Below are positions 54,201 to 64,000 of a stretch of DNA of 64,000 nt, piece by piece. The notes under the pieces are model-generated. The model was not told where the DNA came from. It ran no database searches and saw only the letters and a program-made list of their open reading frames with translations. The translations under genes were made by a program, and so were the position numbers. Position 1 is the first letter of the stretch. The number at the start of each line of letters is the position of its first letter. This stretch comes from Adineta vaga (taxonomy: Eukaryota > Animalia > Rotifera), in NCBI GenBank assembly GCA_021613535.1, contig CP075494.1:5952001-6016000 (forward strand), in the 5' to 3' direction.

Positions 54201-57200
54201 AAGATGATTTCTAGATTCTATATAGTTTCTATCAAGGCAATAGACATCTCTTTGTGCTTCTGTCTAGTCGATCGTCTCGACAGTTAGTTTTATAAAATTT
54301 AAAAGATGAGTTAAACGAATAGATATAGGAAAAGAAAAAGAACGAAATCAAATCAAGAGGTCATTTCATATTTAAGAAAAGAACGACGAATGAAATGAAA
54401 ATGATGCGCACGCATGTATATAGAAAGAAATCAAGGTAGATCAATATCTTCGTTGGCATAGTTCCAAAAAGAAAGAACAAACGAACGTAAAGAGATAATT
54501 GTATTTGTTTGTATTCTTTTTTCTATACATACAAGAGTAATATGAATCGATCTTAATAGTAATGATTGGTATATTTGAAGAAGAAGAAGAAGAAGAAGAG
54601 AACGATAAAAAAGACGACGAGTCAAATACATTGAACAATCATATATACTTTTGTTCGTTGCTTTTTTGTCCTTTGGCAATTAGCCAATGATAAAATAAGT
54701 AACAAGAAAAGAACATGATATGATTGACTGACTGACTGAATGAATGAAGCCTATACATATATCTACGTATACGAAGAATATTTGTTGATGTCCAAGTTGT
54801 AGATATGTATGATTGCGATGACAAGAAGAAACAAATGAGAAAAGAAGAGTAGGAGTAATGTAAGAAGACAAGTAAATATAATCATACAAAAAAAGTGCTG
54901 ACAAACGAAATAAATCTATAGATTATGATATGTTGACAAGAGCGAGGAGAAAGGTAAAACTAAGTTATTATTACTATTATACTGACACTAGACATGTTAA
55001 CATTACCCTATTCTGGTGAAAGAAGAAGAATATCCTCGTGAAAATGCAACGTGATCACAAACTACCATTGAATAAAATCTTTTCTGCTTCACTTTCTAAG
55101 AGATATTTTTGACTTTTAATAATGAATTTATCGAAGTAAAAAAATGCCTTTTAGCATTTACTGAAGACTTGAGTTAGTAGTATTTTAATACACATATATT
55201 ATTTTTACCTTGAAATTTTATACATGAGTAAGAAAGTAAAATGAAAGGAACTGTTTTGGACTCGAAAACGTAACCTTGATTAAAACTACCTACATTCATG
55301 TCTTTAGTAAAAAAGAAACAGTTTCGATGTTTGCTATGTTGTCAAAATAAAAAAAAAATGACAAGAATTTTTTCTTTTCTTTTCAAATATCAGTAAGCAT
55401 AGAAACAGAATAGAGAAAGAACATTTATATGAATTCACGTCATCAATATGAAGCTATACTATGTCATATTAAAATAAGAGAAAAAAATTCTTGTCAACAA
55501 CGATTCTATAGTGTCTATGCATATCAAAAAGTATAATTTCTTTTTGTACTTTAAAATACGTACTTTTAAGTACAAGTATGTCAATGTGTAAATAATGAAA
55601 TTCTATGTTATAAAAAAGAGAACAATTACTGTTTTCTGTCTTTAATGTAACCTTGATGATCAACAATGAAGTATGAGTATTAGTAGTTTTCTTTTTCAGG
55701 TCAAGGATAGATTCATAAATATGACTAGGATGAGTCGTTAATCTTATCGTAGGAGAAATCTTTACGATCTGTCTCTATTTATGAAGACAGCAGGAAGACA
55801 ACAAGATGAACTACAAGATAGAAAGTACATCGAAGACAAATGTACTCGATCAAAATGTTGTCATTAAAAATATCTACGAAATGACGCCAATAAAAACAAT
55901 TTTTCATCGTCTACACATGTGGACTATGATAGAAACTAATGGCTTATATCACACCGCCTACGATGAAGAAATGAGAATCGGTACAGTGAACTCACCTTAG
56001 GTACATTCATGTGTATATGTACTCTAGTTATAGATTAAGAAATTCTACTTTAATCATCTAAAGTGATTATCGAAAACACTTGCAAACTTATAGTATTCTC
56101 TAGAATAATATAGAGTAATTATCGCTTTTTGTCTATCGATCAGATGAAACTTAAGTCTACGATGCTATTCACTTAAATGTATAAGTCGGAAAGATAAATT
56201 CAAATACATACATACATATAAACATTTTTTTCTTTTCCTTTGGGAAATTATCTAAAGCATCAGCGGCATTCACATTTCGTTGAATGAGTGTTGGCTTCAT
56301 TCCATCATCAGTAGTGAGAAAAGCGGCGTATTTTACAAGGAAATGTGTATGTGTCAATGTTAGATGCACTTATATTTACTCTGAAGTAAAGGAGAAGATA
56401 GACAGACAGACCGATAGATAGATAGATGCTGAGAACTGGTTTTTCTCCTATTCTTCTTGTGTTGTTATTATTGTTTGTTTGTCATGCGGCACACAACAAA
56501 CGACTTGACATACACACACACACACGGGTAGATGTGTTCTATTTTCTCGAAAATGTTTCTATGAAAATAGCGCAGACGACGTTATAGAAATGAAACAGAT
56601 GCACCATTACCAAAGTAATTTTCGTTAGAATAGAAAAGAAAATGTAAAGAGCAGGTGTAAAAAAATGTATGTATCTTAGGCTTCACATATGCATTACTTA
56701 CTTATTTGAATATCAAGACAAAATGTAAGATAGTAGACGAATAATATCAAAAGCAAAGGAAAAAAAAGAAGAATGTATGACTGGAAAATGAAAAGATATA
56801 TGAGTGTATGTATATGACGTAAAGAAAGTCATTCAAGTCAAACTAGTAATCGTATTTGAATGCACGCAAAGAACAATTGTCACACATGATGTTGTTTTTC
56901 TCTTCTGATGATCATGTGCTTAATTACTCATCGAGTCATTCTAGTCTTTATCGCATAAAAATAAGACAAGATGATGCCGATAGACATGAAAGAAAAGAAG
57001 AAAAAAAACGAAAGAAAGTCAAATAAAATATATTTCGTGCTTAGTTACTTACTATTACACATATCGACGAAATAACGAAAATCTTTTTTGTGACTATAAT
57101 GTGTCGTTTGTCTCATATAGACTGAATGAAAATTATTGAATGAGTATGAATCCACCTTTCTTTTCTTTTCTTTTCTCTTTTTCTACTATCGATGTCTCCT

Positions 57201-58155
57201 GCTCTTTTGTCAACAGAGAGTAGTCAGTTAGCAGTATAGTAAGTAAGAACAACAAAATGAGAAAATGAAAGAGTGTGCGTACGATGGCCGAGAATTAGGT
57301 GACGAGCGTGAGTGCACGTGCTTGACGTTGTTGTTTTTGTAGGTAAAGCAAACGACGCAAAAAAAAAGACGACACACAAAACATGACGAGTAAAGTGGAG
57401 AATTAAAAAAAACGACTCTTTCGTTAAAATCACCTGACTTAGACCTATGACAAAATAATTTGAACAACGTCAAATCACGTTACATTATTTATTTAAAAGA
57501 AATGATATTTTCAAGGAAATAAAATTCTTGACAGACGTATGAAATGTAGACAAGGCTATGTTTGATGTTCATTTCACGGTATTTGTAATTTTGTTTTATG
57601 ATGTACACATAGTTACTTATACCAAGGACATATCAATAAAAATTTACTTTTATTTTATTCTTTCTCTTTTAATGAAAAACCCAACAAGCAAACAAGAAAT
57701 GAGATTCTATCTCGAAAAGAGTTAATATACTATTTGAGATATTATCTTCTAAATGTCACATTATTGTCTGAATGGAAAAAAGATCGATTTCTAATTATTT
57801 TTGCGTTATGCTTCTCTTCAAAGAAATTATATAATAATCAAGACATTTAGATAAATATACACATTCATATTAGTAAATACTGTAAATATTTTCTTGGAAT
57901 ATATAAACGATTGAGAGATATTCGATTATTGCTCATGTCATTTCTATCATAATTGGTTAGTAGATTCTTACAAGCAGTAGTGATCCATTCTATTTGAAGT
58001 ATGTAGAAATGATTCGCTAGTTAAATGTCAACTGTATATGCATATATATATATGTATATGAAGAACGAATGTTTATTTTCATTTGTAAACAATGAAGAAA
58101 ACTTACCAAATTCATGCTTGATTGTGATTGGTAAGATAAGTAATAGTGGTTCCAT
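51249..58155 (-). CDS. DEPTOR-like protein (DEP domain(s) + C-terminal PDZ)
   Basis: IIHHVCD...YLYRFRLDDGT matches DEPTOR DEP1; Ser-rich linker; PDZ RGYGLILQGQGPCYVERIDPYGSAATSGI..LYAIEGIDVL. The body 51249-53987 is well supported. A first exon at 58107-58155 is tentative. Confidence 0.78.
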
Positions 58156-59165
58156 AATAAGATTGAAAGAGCAAAAAAAAGATGGTTTGGTGTGAACGTT
58201 TATTTAAGAAAGTTTAAGACATATAAGAAAGCTGTTTTGAAAAAAAAGCACACATAAGAAAAGGACGAGTGATAGACTCGAAGAATGAATAAACTAGAAT
58301 GGTATAGCTTGGTTAAAAGAAATAAAAATGATCTTTTAATGTTTCGAACGAGACAGATATAGTAGAGATAGACAAAAGTGGCGTGCATATATTATTTCTT
58401 TTAATTACCGTATTTCTTCTCTTGTTTTTCTTCGGACTATGAACAGTTAAAAGACATTTCCCTGGATTATCAAATCAATTGCGTAGATAAATTTATCTAT
58501 TTGGATAGATGCCAACAGGTGCACAAATTTTCATCTCAATATTCAAAATTTATCAGACAACAAGAGACATAATGGACGTCGTCTGTTCATATTCTGATCA
58601 AAACGTTTGTTATCCTTAGACTTTAGATATTTATTTCACTGTGTAGTCATGTGAATGAAAAGAAAACACGCACTTGTACTATACCGTCAAATAGCGGAGA
58701 TAGAAGAGAAGAGAATGTATGCAAGAAATATTCAAAAAAATATGATAAAAACTATTTGCTGGCGAACTGAATCGTTTACGTTAGAAAAAGCCATTTAAAA
58801 TAATGTTAATATTAAAAAATAGAAATGCACTCCGTTCTTCGGCGACTTATTATCTCTGTCCGGCATTTCTGAAAGGAAATTTCTAACATTTCAGGATGTT
58901 AGAATAGATGGTATATCATTAAGAGAGAAGAGCATCAGTAGGTGTCATGCTTAGAAGTAAAATTGAAAGGAAATGAAATAGACTAATAATATACCTATCA
59001 TTTCAAAGCATAATCTTGACAAAATGGATAAGGAACATAAGAGATAATCTCCGCTTTTTTCAAGGACTTTCGAAAGTTTTTCTGAACCCTTTGAAACTAA
59101 TGTTATATCTAATTTTGTCTTTTTATTATATGAGATTTTTATTAATTAAACAAAACAAAATAATT

Positions 59166-62100
59166 TTAAATAGATTCTTTTGCATTGAATGATGTTGAAT
59201 ATTTTCTCTCAGTCAATGGAATATTTACTAATGTTGTGGTTGATTTATTTTCAATTGATTCATTTTTTAATTCCTTTTCATTCTGGTCTGTTTGTCGTTT
59301 CACTAATTGATAATATAAACCACGTTTATTCATTAATTCCATATGTGTACCTTCTTCAACGATTTCTCCATATTGTAAAACAACAATTTTATGTGCATTA
59401 CGAATCGTGGATAATCGATGAGCAATGACAAGTACAGTTCGACCAACAACTGTTCGAGCAATTGCCTCTTGTACCTAGAAATACGATTGTATATACGAGT
59501 AACTAAAGAATATGAATACCTGAGATTCTGCTTCAGCATCTAAAGCACTAGTAGCTTCATCCAGAAGTAAAACATTTGGTGAACGAATTAATGCTCTAGC
59601 TAATGCAATTCTTTCTATTAGAGAAAGTTTTAAAAGTTTATTATGTTTGTTTTCATAGATCAAAACATACGTTTTTGTCCACCAGCCATCTGTACACCAC
59701 GTTCACCACATTCTGTATCATATTTCTTTTCAAACTGTGATATAAAGGAATGAGCATTTGCCATTTGAGATGCATATTCAACTTCTTGTTGAGATTTCTT
59801 TTCAACAAGACCATATTGAATATTATCTTGAACTGAACGTGCATGAAGAACTGGCTCTTGGCTGACAAGTGAGACCTAGTTGTCGATATAAATATCATCA
59901 ATCCAATGAAAAGAAGAAATCTATCTAAATAAGAATTTTACCTTTTCATGATAAAATTTATAATCATAATTTTGAACAGGTATATCATCAATCAGAATTT
60001 GTCCTTCATCTGCTTCATAGAAATGTTCTAATAGACTAATACATGTTGTTTTTCCACCTAGAAATGTGAGTATTAGTATAAATTTATTTTTCTACGGAAG
60101 TGATCGATAGTTTAGAAAGATAAAGAAAAATTCTTACTTCCACTTGGTCCTACTAATGCTACTTGTTGTCCTGGTTGAACAGTAAATGAAATATTTTTTA
60201 ATACTTTATCATTTTTTCTATTTGGAAATGCAAATGAAACATTTCGAAATTCAATCCGTCCTCGAAAATCATTTGGTTTAACCATTCCATTATTGATAAT
60301 TTTTGGCATTCGATCAATATATTCAAATAATTTCACAGATGCTCCTCTTGCTTTCATCAAACCTGTATAAACACCATTGATTGACTAAGATAAACAAAAT
60401 ATTTCGTAGAAATTTCGTTTCTATAATCGAATTCTTACATCAAGTACATCGCCTAATCTTTGTTGATATAAGATAAATGAAACAAAATTCGAAACGCTCA
60501 ATCGATTATTCATCACTAAATGACCTCCATAAGCAAGTGTACCTAAGTTGAGTAAGACAATCAGAATTTGACCATTCCACATATAACCAAAATCTATAAC
60601 GATCAGATTCAAATGATTGATTTCGAAGAAGAAACTAACTTACAATACAATGCTTGTCGAATAGCATATTTTCGAATCAGATCATTTTTCACATGAAACA
60701 ATCGAACTTCTTCATCTTCATCTAAGAAATGAAAAAATAAGGAAATAAGAACTAAACAGAGAAGAAGAGGAAATGATCTACTTGCAAACGATTTCACAGT
60801 ACGAATCGTCGAAATTGCTTCCTCTGCCAATGAATTGGAATCAGCGAGAGCATCTTGAACTTTTTTTTGTTGATTCTACATAATAGAAGAAGAATTTTGT
60901 TCGAGCGAATTTTCTTTACACTTACTGCAATAAAATCTCCATAAAGTTTCGCCGTACCAAATGCTAATGGACCGGTAATTAATGCCAAAAGAAACAGATT
61001 CCATGATAAGACTAACATCATGACAATTGTTCCAACTGAAATCAATATGACATTCTATTCGAAGAAAAGAAACTACGTAGATAAATACTTACTCGTTTGA
61101 ACAATACTTCTTAGAAAGATATTCAAATTAATCGATACAGCTTCACCAACTGTTGTAATATCCGAGGATAGACGTGATGTTATTTCACCTGTTTTATTTT
61201 CATCAAAAAATTCGATATCTTGTTTTAATACGCAAGCAAAAAATTTATCTCGAAGACGTTGTATTAAATTCGTACTAGTTATTGAAAAAATAAAACCACG
61301 AAGACCCGATGAAATAACACTAAATTATAGGCATCTTGAGGGTGTCAATTATCGTTGGAAGAAAAAAACAAACAAATCTTACTAAACAAAAGATAAGCCA
61401 AGATACCAGAATATATTCATAAGAAATTGATGTCCATTTTTATCAACAACAGAACTAATGATATGTCCAGAAAAGAAAGGTTGAAACATTTCCGCTAAAG
61501 AACATAGTTCAAATGGATGATTTAGGAATTGTTGTTTGACTTATCTTACTCAATGCAGCAGTAAATAAGCAAACAAAAGCGAAGATATATAATTTCCATT
61601 CTTCTTTTCCAAGTTTTAGAATTCTCCACCATGAACCAGTTGTTTCTTTTCTCTGAGCATTTAAATCTTTATTCTCTTCTTCAGTAATTGTTGAACTTCG
61701 TGAAGTTCCTTCAACTAAACAATAAGAAAAAAATCATATAAGAAAATAAGCTACTAATAATGAATATTACCTCGAACAGCTAATGGATCTGTTTCTTCAG
61801 TATATAAACGTGTCGTCGAATTATCATTGATAAGTGTTTGTCGTTCTGGATCGGTACGTTTAATATTTACAGAATGAAAATAAAAATTCCAGATAAGAAT
61901 GCCTCCTAATGCTAGTAAAGGTATGAAAACAAGTGCTAAATAGTCAAATCGATCTAATTGATACGGTGAAGTTGGGTTTCGTACATTTTTCCATTCATAA
62001 AAAATGAGAAATTTACTCAAAGAATAAGCATAGATAATCAATTGAAATATAATAAGAAATAATCGATTATATCGAAAATTTCTCAATCGTTGACAACATT

Positions 62101-62320
62101 TCAATAGAAAAATAATCGAATAAAAGATAAAAACAAATGAATCAATCAGTAATAGAATATACAATTCAACATACGTTCGAGGATAATCAAACCGATAGAA
62201 TTGATCAATTAGATTCAAATGAATATTCGTAAAAGCACGTGTGAATATGCATGTAACGATTATGATTATAAGAATAGCATAGATTAAAGGTATTAAACGA
62301 AGAAAAGTATACCAAGACAT
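59166..62320 (-). CDS. ABCB9/TAP-like peptide half-transporter (TMD0-TMD-NBD)
   Basis: N-terminal TMD0; [17 protein letters not shown]; [15 protein letters not shown]; Walker A GPSGSGKT; Q-loop VSQEPVL; signature MAGGQ; Walker [12 protein letters not shown]; IAHRLSTI. Confidence 0.92.
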
Positions 62321-62529
62321 AACTTATGTAAGAAACAATCTCTCAGGTAAGTTATCAATTTATCTACAAAGAAGGATATCATTCGTGTACAAGATCGAAC
62401 GAGAATCTTATCTTTTAACAATACACACAGAAATTTATTATTATGAAATTAAAACATCGAAATTATCTTTTGATTTATCATAATTGAAAAATTATTTTAA
62501 ATCTTACATTAATATAGAAAAGAAATCAT

Positions 62530-64000
62530 TTATGAAAAATCTCGATCAGGAAAGACAGCTGGTGCAATACATGTCCATACATACAATGCCACACATAACC
62601 AACTCGATACAATTTTAACCCAAAGCGATGCTAGATTATTATTATATGTATGGAAATCTTTTGCTGGCGCATACCAACTATAAAAAAAGAAAACAATCAA
62701 ATATTATCAAAAGAAATTCATTTCTCTCGTTACTTTGTTAATGTCATCATTGCATATAATGTTGCTAATAAAAACATTAAATGAAATAATGAATAATTAT
62801 ATTTAATTGAACCACGTTCGTCATCATAAACGTGTTGATGATGTTGTTCATCTTTTCCTAAGATCCATTTATCATCAGTAATTGAATTGACCAATTGTGC
62901 ATCATCTAATATTGTTGAATCGATCGATGATGATAAGAATAATTTTTTTGCACGACTATTACGTGAAGTGGTTACAACTGAATAGAAAAGTGTACAAATA
63001 AAAAGAATTAAACCAAGAATTGTTATTGGATCAGATAAATTTTGTTGTCGAATGGAATTTGTCAATAATGTCGAATTTGTTGGATGAATTATCGAAGAAA
63101 AACTTGGATTACATCGACTATCTGGATTATTACTCATTGCTGACCATGTATAATATATCACATAAAGACTTACAAATGATGATTGAAGAAGACCACACGA
63201 AGAATTATATTCTCGAACACATGGTAGAATTGATATGATTGATAATATCACACATAAACAAAGATTAAATGAAATAAAAAAAGTATGTAAACGACAAATG
63301 AATCGATCTGGAGCATAATAAATATAAAATAAAATGACAGCTGTGATTGTTACAATGTAAAAAAGAAAAGTAAAAAATAATAAACCATAGCCATGTTTTT
63401 TTGAACCTGATTCAACTTGATCAACCCAGGATTCATTCCAGCTAAATAAACAAAGATTTTTTATGAGATTTAAATCAATTCCAAATACTTACGAATGAAC
63501 GAAATCAATGGAAAAAAGTAATTGCACAAGAATAAACTAGTATAGAAAGAAATGTTCGTAGAAAGAAATCAGGACGAGTTTTACTTACAAAAAATCCACC
63601 AATTAATCCAACAATCATAAATGCATAATCAAAACCAGTATTTGGAATAAAAAAAGCTGCTACTATTAAACCAATTGCGATTAATATTTTAAATGCCCAA
63701 AAACCATTTTGTATTTTAGCTCTAAAATCATTCGAATTTCTTACTTTTATCATCTAAATAAACCGAAACTTTCAACAATCGAAAACACTTTCGAAACACT
63801 TAACTTACTACTAATGATAAAATACCAAAGAATAATGTTAAACCAAATGAAAGACGATAAACAGCAAGTGAACCAATAACTTTCGAGCAATCAATTATTG
63901 TTAATAATTGTTTATCTAATGCTGTATTTTTACATAAAGCAGGAATTTTATGTAGAAAATTTTCGAGGCCAGGTATTAGCATAATACACGATGTGATTAA
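62530..64000 (-). CDS. Serine incorporator (SERINC/TMS1) membrane protein, 5' end beyond the window
   Basis: GSLAVYRLSF, RAKIQNGFWAFK, GLLQSSFVSLYVIYYTWSAM, YNYSLFHLMFLLATLYAMMTLT, WVKIVSSW, C-terminal PDRDFS*. Confidence 0.95.

Noticed and set aside
57270-57345. TGGCCGAG resembling a tRNA A-box in a GC-richer patch
   Set aside because: No B-box (GTTCRA) at the right distance and no cloverleaf stems.

Overview
AT-rich (~70% AT by eye) animal genomic DNA. It is gene-dense, with many ~50-65 bp GT-AG introns. This style fits a bdelloid rotifer (Adineta/Rotaria-like), but that is inference from composition, intron size and gene content. About 22 protein genes can be assembled by hand from the ORF fragments: TRPM channel; RGG-box + Ro60/TROVE-like vWA protein; fringe-like glycosyltransferase; type-B-like muscarinic receptor with a ~800-aa third intracellular loop; an unknown protein; AMMECR1; mitochondrial GrpE; EF-hand nicotinamidase; STYXL1/MK-STYX-like phosphatase retaining its catalytic Cys; minimal Cdc25; peptide GPCR; bacterial-type Gfo/Idh/MocA oxidoreductase with introns (HGT candidate); signal-peptide-bearing VIT-vWA protein; small secreted 4-Cys peptide; CTDNEP1/Dullard; CCDC160-like; divergent Cdc42-like GTPase; RanBP2-zinc-finger protein; compact Staufen-like; DEPTOR-like; ABCB9/TAP-like half transporter with MAGGQ signature; SERINC (cut by the window end). 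I saw no rRNA, tRNA, CRISPR or transposase/RT. Best leads: (1) the RGG-vWA protein whose ATG appears to be created by splicing; (2) the hairpin-type peptide next to the secreted VIT-vWA gene; (3) the intron-containing bacterial-type oxidoreductase; (4) the catalytically intact MK-STYX relative next to Cdc25; (5) operon-like gene pairs with a splice acceptor just before the ATG. Exon boundaries were read manually and all family assignments come from remembered motifs, not database searches.
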